A stretch of DNA of 64,000 nt from Methanomicrobiales archaeon (GTDB lineage: Archaea > Halobacteriota > Methanomicrobia > Methanomicrobiales > JACTUA01): positions 14,454 through 78,453 of the forward strand of contig JARYLJ010000001.1 of assembly GCA_029907705.1 (NCBI GenBank). Direction: 5' to 3'. The translations under genes and the position numbers were made by a program. This document shows, piece after piece, positions 38,986 through 48,033 of this stretch. Positions within the stretch are counted from its first letter, which is position 1. Each line of letters starts with the position of its first letter. Under the pieces are notes generated by a model. It had not been told where the DNA came from, searched no databases, and was given only the letters and a program-made list of their open reading frames with translations.

Positions 38986-40023
38986 TTACCTCTCCTTCAT
39001 GTGCACGTCCAGTTGAGGGAACGGTATCTCTATGCCCTCCTCCCTGAACCTCCGATCGATCTTGGTATTTATCGAGTCGGTCACTTCCCAGACGAGGGCG
39101 TATGTCTTCGCCCAGACCACGAGCGTGAAGTTCAGGCTGGACTGGCCGAACTCCAGGAAATAGACCTTCGGTGCCGGATCCTCTAGGACCATGTCCGACT
39201 CCCTCGCCACCTCCCGACCGATCTCGAGTAGGATCGATCGCACCTTCTCCACATCGCTCCCATATGCGACAGAGACCGGGATCCTGATCTTCTGCCGTGC
39301 CTCGGGTAGAGCATAGTTGGTCACGATGCTGGATGATATCTTGGAGTTCGGGATCGTCACCATCTGGTTGTCCAATGTTCGTATCCTCGTGCTCCTCGGG
39401 CCGATACTGATCACATCGCCTATGTATTCCTCGATCTTGATGCGGTCGTTCAGCTTGAAGGCGCGATCGACAACAATGACAGCCCCGCCGAAGATATTCG
39501 AGATGATGTCCTGCGCCGCCAGTGCGACCGCGAGGCCGGCGATCCCCGCACCCGCGATGAGCGGAGTGATGTCGATCTCCAGCGTGGAGAGTATCATCAA
39601 GATGGCGATGAACCAGATCACGTACCGTGCTGCCACCTCGAGGATGCTGATGATGCGGTCGTCGAACTCCGTCTCGGTCCTTGATGCGAGGATGCTCCCA
39701 TACACGTGCAGGATGTTGTAGACGAAGCTGGAGATGACCCAGGCACCGATGACGATGTAGAAGGCGACGATCCCCTTGCTGTCGAAGATCCACATCCACC
39801 CTTCGGGGAGGGGCGCGTAGTAGCGGATCGCGATGTAGAAGGAGAAGAAGAGGATCAGGATGATGAGCGGGCGTCCGAAGGCGATGAGGAGGATATCGTC
39901 CAGTTTCGACTCTGTCGCAAGCGCCCTCTTCTGCAGCCAGCGATATATCTCGTGGGTGATGAACGCGAGAATGATCCCTGCGGTGATGATCAGTACTGCG
40001 ATGATCTCCGACGCGAGTGCCAT
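38986..40023 (-). CDS. mechanosensitive ion channel (MscS family)
   Basis: TM helices, then NIFGGAVIVVDRAFKLNDRIKIEEYIGDVISIGPRSTRIRTLDNQMVTIPNSKI. Start set at ATG 40023 (MALASEII); alternatives are 40053 and 40071. Confidence 0.85.
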   Translation of the reverse strand: MALASEIIAVLIITAGIILAFITHEIYRWLQKRALATESKLDDILLIAFGRPLIILILFFSFYIAIRYYAPLPEGWMWIFDSKGIVAFYIVIGAWVISSFVYNILHVYGSILASRTETEFDDRIISILEVAARYVIWFIAILMILSTLEIDITPLIAGAGIAGLAVALAAQDIISNIFGGAVIVVDRAFKLNDRIKIEEYIGDVISIGPRSTRIRTLDNQMVTIPNSKISSSIVTNYALPEARQKIRIPVSVAYGSDVEKVRSILLEIGREVARESDMVLEDPAPKVYFLEFGQSSLNFTLVVWAKTYALVWEVTDSINTKIDRRFREEGIEIPFPQLDVHMKER

Positions 40024-40069
40024 GTTGCTATCATTAATAGGTCGATAGACCATATCATAAAGCGAATTC

Positions 40070-41101
40070 ATGGGGATCGAGAGAGAGATCAGCGAACAGC
40101 TCCACGCCCTGGTCGACAGGCCGATGAACTTCATGCATGTCTGCGGGACGCACGAGGCGTCGATCGCACGGTCCGGGTTGAGGAGCGTGCTGCCGCCGAT
40201 GATGAAGATCGTGATGGGACCGGGCTGCCCGGTCTGCATCACACCGGCGGGGGAGATCGATGCCGCGCTGGAACTCGCGGCAGATGGTGTGACGATCGCC
40301 ACCTACGGGGATCTCATGCGGGTGCCGGGTTCTCAGGAGTCGCTCGAATCCTGCGGAGGCGACGTGCGCATCGTGCAGGGGATCCACAAGGCGGTGGAGA
40401 TCGCAGGAAGGGTAAAAAACGAGGTCGTCTTCGTCTCCGTCGGCTTCGAGACGACCGCACCCACGGTGGCCGCCGCCATACGGGCAGAGCCGCCCAAGAA
40501 CTTCAGCATCCTGTCGTATCACCGCCTGGTACCGCCTGCGATGGAGTGGCTCCTCACGCAGGGCGAGGCAAAGCTGCACGGGTTCATCCTGCCCGGCCAC
40601 GTCTGCACCGTCTCCGGATACCATGAGTACGAGAGGTTTCCCGTGCCGCAGGTGGTCGCCGGTTTCGAGCCGGAGGAGATCCTGCTCGGTTTCCTCATGC
40701 TCGCCCAGATAGTGAGGCAGGGGGAGGTGGGTGTGAGAAATGCGTACCCGAAGGCGGTGAGCAGGGATGGCAACGTGAAGGCAATGGCGCTGATGCACCG
40801 TGTCTTCGAACCGTGCGACGTCGAGTGGCGGGGATTCCCAGTCATCCCTGCCTCCGGCCTCCGACTGAGGGATGAGTTCGGCGAGTACGATGCCCTGAGG
40901 AAGTTCGGCATCGCGATAAAGAAGGTGACAAAAAAGACCGCCTGCATCTGCGATCGCGTGCTCAGGGGCATCGCGGATCCCTCTGACTGCCCTCTCTTCG
41001 GGAGGGCCTGCACGCCTGCGAGGCCGATCGGGCCCTGCATGGTGAGCCACGAAGGGGCCTGCCGGATCTGGCACACCTACCATGTGGGAGGCAGGAAGTG
41101 A
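40070..41101 (+). CDS. hypD: [NiFe]-hydrogenase maturation protein HypD
   Basis: 343 aa, FMHVCGTHE, GPGCPVC, GFETTAP, LPGHVC and C-terminal PCMVSHEGAC motifs. T6 tract after the stop. Confidence 0.93.
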   Translation: MGIEREISEQLHALVDRPMNFMHVCGTHEASIARSGLRSVLPPMMKIVMGPGCPVCITPAGEIDAALELAADGVTIATYGDLMRVPGSQESLESCGGDVRIVQGIHKAVEIAGRVKNEVVFVSVGFETTAPTVAAAIRAEPPKNFSILSYHRLVPPAMEWLLTQGEAKLHGFILPGHVCTVSGYHEYERFPVPQVVAGFEPEEILLGFLMLAQIVRQGEVGVRNAYPKAVSRDGNVKAMALMHRVFEPCDVEWRGFPVIPASGLRLRDEFGEYDALRKFGIAIKKVTKKTACICDRVLRGIADPSDCPLFGRACTPARPIGPCMVSHEGACRIWHTYHVGGRK

Positions 41102-41467
41102 GCGAAATAGCGTTTTTTCACCGTATGATTGCAACAAAGACCTGATCACCGATATTACATGGTCTTCAACACCCCCTGCCATTCGATGTTTTTTCCCCGG
41201 AGAGGGGTGAAGGTGCCGGATCAGACGTTTTTTTGTTTGCCTGGTCCGGTTCATACCGGTGCCCGTGGCGCGCGCGGCGGCGTTATGAGTGACTGGCTGT
41301 TGTCTCTGGACCGGACGAGACCTCACCACATGATCCCTCCAAAGAATTTTTGCGTGTGTCGCACCATTGATCATGGGCCCTCCTGAAAAGAGGATCTCCG
41401 GCCCAGTACCGCAGGTTTCTGACAGGCGGAATGCCCCTTCATGGAGAGGGGATCTGATCGAGCGATG

Positions 41468-41539
41468 GCCTCGGTAGGGTAGTGGATATCCTGGAAGCCT
41501 CCGGAGCTTTCGACCCGGGTTCAAATCCCGGCCGAGGCG
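41468..41539 (+). tRNA. tRNA-Arg (anticodon CCG), 72 nt, CCA not encoded
   Basis: Acceptor GCCTCGG/CCGAGGC, T arm CCGGG-TTCAAAT-CCCGG, anticodon arm GAAGC-CTCCGGA-GCTTT (U33, CCG, G37). The D-arm/position-26 parse is slightly ambiguous by hand. Confidence 0.85.
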
Positions 41540-41541
41540 TC

Positions 41542-41546
41542 TTTTT
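41542..41546 (+). terminator. oligo-T tract after the tRNA
   Basis: gtcTTTTTaattgaaaaTTTTTc immediately 3' of the discriminator base. Confidence 0.5.
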
Positions 41547-41846
41547 AATTGAAAATTTTTCACGGGCCATCGCCTGAAAGCATTCGATGACGGTCCTGTA
41601 TATATTTATTTATGTATGTATTTATGTATAAAAACTGGAAAAATCTATTCATATCTCGCATATGCGATATCGTTCCAATCGCATCGTTTCTGTCTCCTCT
41701 GACGATTCAGGAGCGCCGGGTTACAGGAGCATTCGGTGATGATCGCATTCACCCGCGAGTCTCGATCTTCCCCCTCTTCTGAACCCACGGATGCTGGTTT
41801 ATTCCCCGCCGGGGAATAGATCAGGGAATGGTGTGACGGAACATAT

Positions 41847-42839
41847 ATGCCCCTCCTCGAGGTGACGCGGGAGAGTGGGATACCGCTGCTCGGCTGCCTG
41901 TACTTCGGGATCGTCGATCGGGGGACGAACCTCCTGCAGGTACGACCTTCCTGCTCATGCAACCTCTGCTGCCCCTTCTGCTCCGTCGATGCCGGCCCAT
42001 GTTCGCGGACAAGAGCGATGGAGTACGCGGTGGAGGTGGAGTATCTGCTGGACGCTGTGCGCGAGGTCTCCCGCTTCAAGGGCGAGGGTGTGGAGGCGCA
42101 TATCGATTCTCCGGGTGAGCCGATGCTCCACCGCGCGATCGCCCCGCTGGTGAAAGGGCTGAAGGAGATACCGGAGGTGAGGACCGTCTCCATGCAGACG
42201 AACGGCACCCTCCTCTCTGAAGAGACCATCTCCGCCCTCGAAGCTGCGGGGCTCGATCGGATGAACCTCTCCATCCATGCGCTCGACAGAGCGCTCGCAA
42301 GGCGCCTCTCGGGTGTGGAGTGGTACGACGTGGAAGAGATACTGAGAGGTGCACGAATGGTCGCGGAGGGGAGCATCGACCTGCTCATCGCACCGGTGCT
42401 CGTGCCCGGGATGAACGATGCCGAGATGCCGAAATTGATCGAGTTCGCACTGAAGGTGGGTGCAGGCAGGCGCTGGCCGCCGCTCGGGATCCAGAAGTAC
42501 GAGCGCTACCGCTGGGGGAGGCATCCCCCGGGCGTCAGACCCCAGAGCTGGAGGGAGTTCTACAGGACACTGGAGGGATGGGGGAAGGAGTTCGGCATCG
42601 ATCTGATCCTCTCGCCGGCGGACTTCGGGATCGAGAGGCGGGCACCGCTTCCCCGCATGTTCAGAAAGGGGGAGCGGACCACGGTGGAGGTGCGGGCACC
42701 GGGATGGCTCCGTGGGGAGATGCTGGGCGTCGCCCGCGGACGTGTGGTCTCCATCCTGAACTGCCCCCGCACGGGTGGGAGGATCAGCGTGCGCATGGTG
42801 AGCACGAAGGACGGCATTTACGTGGCGGCACCGGTGTGA
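41847..42839 (+). CDS. radical SAM protein of unknown function
   Basis: CX3CX2C cluster in SCSCNLCCPFCSV near the N-terminus. The C-terminal beta-rich domain (TTVEVRAPGWLRGEMLGVARGRVVSI...) resembles a TRAM/OB-type barrel. Confidence 0.8.
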   Translation: MPLLEVTRESGIPLLGCLYFGIVDRGTNLLQVRPSCSCNLCCPFCSVDAGPCSRTRAMEYAVEVEYLLDAVREVSRFKGEGVEAHIDSPGEPMLHRAIAPLVKGLKEIPEVRTVSMQTNGTLLSEETISALEAAGLDRMNLSIHALDRALARRLSGVEWYDVEEILRGARMVAEGSIDLLIAPVLVPGMNDAEMPKLIEFALKVGAGRRWPPLGIQKYERYRWGRHPPGVRPQSWREFYRTLEGWGKEFGIDLILSPADFGIERRAPLPRMFRKGERTTVEVRAPGWLRGEMLGVARGRVVSILNCPRTGGRISVRMVSTKDGIYVAAPV

Positions 42840-43270
42840 CAGGGGTATGTATCGCTGCTTTGCGTGCGGCACGCCACAGGCATATATCCGGGTCCTCCAT
42901 ACCTCTGGCGCGACACCGCATATACGGTCGAGTGGCCCATCGCCACCGGGGTATCAAGGCGGCAGGGGCAGCGCCCACGGCAAACCAGGATCGTTACGAC
43001 CCTTCCGACTCACCGGGAGTTCCCCATGGATCCACCTAGGGGGCTGCGGTACATCCCCTGATGCGAGATCTGCAATCCCTTTAGGTCATCACCGCGGCGT
43101 CCCGAGACCTGCGGAACTCCCTGTCCTGCCGTTCGAAACGCACCCGGGTACCCTGTGGTGGGACAACCCCGGGGGCATACCCCTGAACGATCCCCGTTCC
43201 CCGCCCCGATTACACTTTCACCCCCTGCGTCCTCCACCGTTATGAAGGGGTGCGTCCACCTCACATCTGC

Positions 43271-43789
43271 ATGGAGATCGAGCTGCACCCCACCGTTCTG
43301 CTGGAGTCGGGCACCTTCAGCGTCCTCGTTGCACCACCTGAGATGCTGGTGCCCCGGCTGAATGCCGTGCTGAGGGAGCTCGAGCGCTTTCTGGTTCTGT
43401 ACGTATGCGGCAACTACTCCCGCCTCCTCTCGCGGGTTCACCGCTCCTGCAGGAACCTCGAGATCAGGCGGTCCTTCACTGCATTCCAGCTCCTCCAGAT
43501 CCTCGAGGAGTCACACCATACCTTCGTATTCATCGAATACGATCCCACGCTCTTCTCCGAGGAGAGGAGCCTGCAGCGGTGCCTGCCCCGCGCATGCAGG
43601 GATGTGGCACACTACGGGATCGTGGTGATCTACGCGCCGGAGATGGATCGATACCTCCGCCTCCTCGCACGCGATGCGGACCGCGTCTTTCACCTCGGCG
43701 TGGAGCCGCCCCAAAGGTCGGAGAGGCGCTCCCCCGCCGGCAGGCACACCTCGCCTCCTCCCGGGCAGACGACGCTGGAGGTGTCCTGA
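43271..43789 (+). CDS. hypothetical protein (RecA/KaiC-like C-terminal remnant? no P-loop)
   Basis: ATG 43271 (MEIELHPTVLLESGTF...). Walker-B-like HTFVFIEYDPTLF but no GxxxxGK. The stop lies 2 nt before the next start. Confidence 0.6.
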   Translation: MEIELHPTVLLESGTFSVLVAPPEMLVPRLNAVLRELERFLVLYVCGNYSRLLSRVHRSCRNLEIRRSFTAFQLLQILEESHHTFVFIEYDPTLFSEERSLQRCLPRACRDVAHYGIVVIYAPEMDRYLRLLARDADRVFHLGVEPPQRSERRSPAGRHTSPPPGQTTLEVS

Positions 43790-43791
43790 AC

Positions 43792-44034
43792 ATGGGGAGG
43801 AGCTTCGAGAGCGTGAGGATGGGCGTGAACGCGCTGGCGGAGCGCTGGCGGGTGGAGGGAGGGAGGCTCGATCCAGAGGACCGCGGATATGCCCTCATCG
43901 CGGCGGAGATGGCGAAGAGGCACGCGAGCGCATGCTTCTGCGCCTTCGACGATCCGCTCGAGGCGGCGCTCTTCTCCGCCCTCGTGGAGCTGCTGAAGGC
44001 GATGGATGGGAGAGATGTGGATCTTCGACTCTAG
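43792..44034 (+). CDS. small helical hypothetical protein (80 aa)
   Basis: GGAGGTG lies 8 nt upstream of ATG 43792. MGRSFESVRMGVNALAERW...FDDPLEAALFSALVELLKAMDG. Overlaps the polymerase gene start by 20 nt. Confidence 0.55.
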   Translation: MGRSFESVRMGVNALAERWRVEGGRLDPEDRGYALIAAEMAKRHASACFCAFDDPLEAALFSALVELLKAMDGRDVDLRL

Positions 44035-46051
44035 GGTGCGCGAGAGCATCGAGCTCTGGGTGAAGAGGGAAGGGACGGAGAGGATCCGCGTCCCTTTTGC
44101 ACAGAATTTCTACCTTCACCTCCCCGATCCGCACAGGTACAGCGAGATGCTGGAGGCGCTGGCAGAGAGGTATACAGTGGAGGAGTGCACCTTCCGCACG
44201 ATCCATGGCGAAGTCGGGGGCTACAGAGTGGGGGCGGGCAGAGAGGTGGCGGAGGCGATAGAGCGCCAGACCGGGTTCGCGGCAGAGCTCTACAACGTGG
44301 ATATCAGGCAGGATCAGCGGTGGTTCGCGGAGAACGATCTCGTCCCCTGCGCGTACCAGGGTGAATCCAGGTTCACGCCCGACTTCGATTGCCCGCTCGC
44401 CGTGATGGAGCTGCGCATCGAGGGCGATCCATCGAGGAAGGGGGAGGCCGGGCGTGTGGAGGTGAGGGGTGACGGGATGGAGGAGACACTCACCGGGAGG
44501 GAGGATGAGAACCTCGAGGGGCTCTTCGGCCTGATCGCCTCCCTCGATCCCGATCTCATCCTGATGCCTGATGCGGACCTCTGGACTTCCAGGCTCCTGA
44601 AGAAGGCAGGGGAGTATGGTCTGAGGGCGACGCTGAGCAGGACGGGCAGGTACAGGAGGGTCTCCTCCCGCTCATACTGGAGCTACGGCAGGATGGAGTT
44701 CAAGGGGGGTGCGCTCCTGCCGGAGGGCAGGGTGCTGATCGACACCACGCGAAGCTTCAACTACCGCGAGGGAGGATTGAGGGGGGTGCTCCTCGCCTCA
44801 CGCCTGAGCGGGATCACCCCTGCCCTCGCCTCCCGCTTCACCCCGGGCACGCTGGTCTCGAGCTACGAGGTCTACGGGGCGCTCAGGGAGGGGATCGCAG
44901 TGCCGTTCAGGAAGAGGGACGCGGAATCGGGCAGGCGCGTCGACACTCTGAGGGAGCTGGACAGGGGAGGGATGATCTTCCAGCCTGTCCCAGGCGTCTA
45001 CACCTCCGTCGACCAGATCGACTTCACCTCCCTCTACCCCTCGATCATCGTGAAGTACAATCTCTCCCCCGAGACCCTCTCCAGGCCGGATCTCCACGGT
45101 TTTCTCCCCGGAGTCCTGGAGCCCCTCCTCGAGCTGAGGAAGGAGACAAAGCGGAGGAAGAAGAGCGAGCGCGGTTACGAGGGGTGCGATTCGATCCTGA
45201 AGTGGATGCTGGTCACCTGCTTCGGTTATACGGGCTACAGGAACGCGAAGTTCGGGCGGATAGAGGTGCACGAGCAGATCACCTGCAGGGCGAGGGAGAT
45301 CCTGCTCCGCTCGAAGGAGATCGCGGAGGAGATGGGCTGCAGGGTCCTCCACGGCATCGTCGACTGCCTCTGGGTCCAGTCTCCGGCGATCGAGCGCCTG
45401 AAGGCGAGGGTGGAGGGGGAGATTGGCCTGACCACGGAGTGCGAGCACTTCGACTGGATCACCTTCCTCCCCATGTCCGACGGGTACGGGGCGTACAACC
45501 GCTATTACGGGCGAAGATCTGACGGGATACTCAGGCTCAGGGGGATCATGGCGAGGCGGGGGGATACGCCGCCCTTCGTGGCAAAGGCACAGGAGGGGAT
45601 CCTCTGGCTGCTGAAGGGCGCAGCAGGGCTGGAGGAGGTGCTCGCCGCCGAAGAGAAGGCGAGGTCGCGTTACCTCGATGCACTGGAGGGGCTCGCCTCT
45701 GCTCCGCCCGACGAACTCGCGATATCGCGGCGGATCAGCCGCCTCCACTACAGCAGGCGCTCCCCCGAGGCCTCTGCGGTCGCCGCCTGCCTGGAGCGGG
45801 GGATGCAGCTCGCCCCCGGTATGGAGATCGCCTACGTGGTGAGGGATTCGGCCACCTGGGAGGTGGATCTCCCCTGGGAGGCATCGCACATCGACCTCGC
45901 GTATTACCGCATGCTCCTCGGAAAGGCATGGGAGGAGGTCGCCTTCACCTTCGATGCGATCGGGGGCACGAAAGGGGGAGGAGGGGGTCCCGGTATGCGG
46001 AATACCCCGCCGAAGGGGCGGCGATGTTGCTCTTCCGAGGTATGCGACTGA
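44015..46051 (+). CDS. family-B DNA polymerase homologue with degenerate catalytic motifs (inactivated PolB2-type)
   Basis: Motif A DFTSLYPSII is intact (45020..45049). Motif B KxxxNSxYG is replaced by KWMLVTCFGYTGY (45200..). Motif C YxDTD is replaced by HGIVDC (45350..45367). Exo I/II motifs are also degenerate (MELRIE; MPDADLWTSRLL). Start is 44015 (MWIFDS) or 44006. Confidence 0.85.
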   Translation: MWIFDSRVRESIELWVKREGTERIRVPFAQNFYLHLPDPHRYSEMLEALAERYTVEECTFRTIHGEVGGYRVGAGREVAEAIERQTGFAAELYNVDIRQDQRWFAENDLVPCAYQGESRFTPDFDCPLAVMELRIEGDPSRKGEAGRVEVRGDGMEETLTGREDENLEGLFGLIASLDPDLILMPDADLWTSRLLKKAGEYGLRATLSRTGRYRRVSSRSYWSYGRMEFKGGALLPEGRVLIDTTRSFNYREGGLRGVLLASRLSGITPALASRFTPGTLVSSYEVYGALREGIAVPFRKRDAESGRRVDTLRELDRGGMIFQPVPGVYTSVDQIDFTSLYPSIIVKYNLSPETLSRPDLHGFLPGVLEPLLELRKETKRRKKSERGYEGCDSILKWMLVTCFGYTGYRNAKFGRIEVHEQITCRAREILLRSKEIAEEMGCRVLHGIVDCLWVQSPAIERLKARVEGEIGLTTECEHFDWITFLPMSDGYGAYNRYYGRRSDGILRLRGIMARRGDTPPFVAKAQEGILWLLKGAAGLEEVLAAEEKARSRYLDALEGLASAPPDELAISRRISRLHYSRRSPEASAVAACLERGMQLAPGMEIAYVVRDSATWEVDLPWEASHIDLAYYRMLLGKAWEEVAFTFDAIGGTKGGGGGPGMRNTPPKGRRCCSSEVCD

Positions 46052-46585
46052 TGCCCGGCATTGGTCCCTCCCATGGTTGTTCCGATGGATGGAGGGGTCC
46101 CCCCTGGCCGGAGTGGGGCATCGAAGGTACGGTGCCGTGTGAAGGCCTCGTCGTTGGATCCGGTGCAGGCACCCACGATCGGTGAGCAAGGCGAATGGGG
46201 GCGAGGTAGACGCTTCGCCCGATGGAAAGGTCTGCAAACTTCCTGTGAATCCCATTTCCGTTGCCGCCGCCGGTCGTTCTGTGGGCGATACCCGTACCCG
46301 CCACGCAGGCGCCAGGGGGAATCGGGTGGCACTTTCAGCGGTCTGCAGAAGGGATGGCCACCGCCATCGGGATCCTGGCATCCGGCCTGTTCGTGGAGGG
46401 ATGGACAGTTTTTCTCTGTCACCCCTCCCTAAACGAACCCCGAACGTACTTCGGAAATGGATCACATCGACGAGGGGAGGGGCATTCTCCCTGCGAGCAA
46501 AAGTACAGCGGGAGAGTCGCTGTCTTCAGAGAGCGGAACGAATCGAAGTTCGATGGTTAGACGAGTAATATTCTACAATATACCT

Positions 46586-47539
46586 CTACTCCTCGAGGAA
46601 GATCCGCTGGTTGATGATCCGCCATGCGATGATGAGCTGCACTATTTCTGTGGCGGTGACATAGTGCCTGTTCTGGTAGATGTCGATCGGATGCACACCC
46701 GTCTGCTGCTCCACGCTCCGTTCGAGCGCCCTCACGATCTCGTGAGTCAGCTCGCCGTCGAAGGTGAGGCTTCCCATTTCCTTGCCATCGAGCTCCTCGA
46801 CGCAATACTCCATTATGAACGTCCTCTCTGACAGCGAGAGGAGCGAGAGGAGGTCGATGGAGAGGCCGACGTTCCTGATCGCCCTATCGAGCCGCCGCTG
46901 GCTGAGGGTCACCTGATAGATATTCAAGCTGCCCCCCAATTCTCGGCCGTACTTCGAGAAGGAGGCACGGACGACCGCGTCCGCATATCTGCACTGCGGT
47001 GCGATGAACTTCTGATAGTCCCGCTCCCTCTCCGCCAGCTCGTTCAGCACCTCCTCGTACCGGTACCCCCTCCTCTCGATATCGCGTTTGATCTTCCACT
47101 CCCGTTTCACCCCCGGCTCAGGATCGACGAAGAGTTTGAAGTCGAGGAGCTCTCTGAGGCGGGGGGTGAAGAGCGTATGGAGCCCTTCGAGGATGAGGAT
47201 CTTCGTCGGTCTGAAGACCTCCTCCGGCCCGAAGGTCCCATCGAGGTGGTTGTACACCGGTTTCACGATCGCCTCGCCCCTCTTCAGCGCTTCGAGATCC
47301 TTCTCCAGTCGATCGAGCCGGTTCGCCTCCGGATCGAGAGGGGTGATCTTCAGCTCCCTCCGCTCCTTCCTGTCGTACCTGTGATAATCGTCGAGCGTGA
47401 TCGTCGAGACCAGGTGCTCGCCGAAGATACGCCTGATCGCATTCGTGAAGGTCGTCTTGCCCGAACCGCTGTCTCCGGCGACCCCGATGGTGAAGACGAA
47501 CGGACGGGCGGCGATCACATCCTTGAAGTTCCTGTGCAA
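46586..47539 (-). CDS. prk: phosphoribulokinase (archaeal type)
   Basis: 317 aa, P-loop GVAGDSGSGKTT, ITLDDYH, ILILEGLH, PRK/uridine-kinase fold. Length and C-terminal extension match methanogen PRKs. Confidence 0.85.
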   Translation of the reverse strand: MHRNFKDVIAARPFVFTIGVAGDSGSGKTTFTNAIRRIFGEHLVSTITLDDYHRYDRKERRELKITPLDPEANRLDRLEKDLEALKRGEAIVKPVYNHLDGTFGPEEVFRPTKILILEGLHTLFTPRLRELLDFKLFVDPEPGVKREWKIKRDIERRGYRYEEVLNELAERERDYQKFIAPQCRYADAVVRASFSKYGRELGGSLNIYQVTLSQRRLDRAIRNVGLSIDLLSLLSLSERTFIMEYCVEELDGKEMGSLTFDGELTHEIVRALERSVEQQTGVHPIDIYQNRHYVTATEIVQLIIAWRIINQRIFLEE

Positions 47540-47613
47540 TGCATCACCTCCTCTGCTGAATTCTCCGATTGCCTCGTATGGAATGGACGATATACAGGTA
47601 AGACCATCCGTGA

Positions 47614-48033
47614 TCAGGAGGATTCGGTTACAGGCAAGATCTCCTCCCGCCTGTTCGTCCAGAGACCGTGGAGGGTGCAGTACACCCGCACCTTCGCATC
47701 TTCGCCCATGCCCTGGAACTCGGCCTCCGGTCTCCCACCTGGCCTGAACGTCCTCCGCACGAGTGTATCCCCCTGACGCACCTCGATCCAGTGGATGAAG
47801 TGCCTCTCCTCCATCGGATGGGCGATCTGCCCGATCACCACCTTCACTCCTTCCTCGGTCCTTTCAATGACCGGTAGATGCCTGTCGGCCCCCTGACCAT
47901 CGCCCCTCTCCATCTGCGGTTTCATCGGCACACCGCAGCAGACCAGAGTGCCCCTCCCGACCGTGAGAACCTCTATCACATGGCCGCAGATCTCGCACCT
48001 GTATACCTGAAGGCGCTGGGTCAGGCGTGTCAC
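47614..48033 (-). CDS. dfx: desulfoferrodoxin (2Fe superoxide reductase)
   Basis: N-terminal desulforedoxin-like YRCEICGHVIEVL...LVCCGVPM. SOR centre residues HLPVI, HPMEERHFIHWIE, YCTLHGLW. GTG 48033 overlaps the fprA stop (GTGA), so the start is uncertain. Confidence 0.85.
   Translation of the reverse strand: MTRLTQRLQVYRCEICGHVIEVLTVGRGTLVCCGVPMKPQMERGDGQGADRHLPVIERTEEGVKVVIGQIAHPMEERHFIHWIEVRQGDTLVRRTFRPGGRPEAEFQGMGEDAKVRVYCTLHGLWTNRREEILPVTESS

Noticed and set aside
41120-41240. A C/D-box sRNA between hypD and the tRNA (several T-tracts; ATGATTG and CTGA strings).
   Set aside because: The C box is imperfect, there is no terminal D box at the right spacing, and there is no C'/D' pair. 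The T-tracts are adequately explained as hypD terminators.
41468-46051. An integrated element inserted at tRNA-Arg (tRNA followed by an AT-rich junction and a polymerase-like gene).
   Set aside because: I found no integrase and no downstream duplicate of the tRNA 3' end. The polymerase is the chromosomal inactivated PolB2 type rather than a protein-primed element polymerase.
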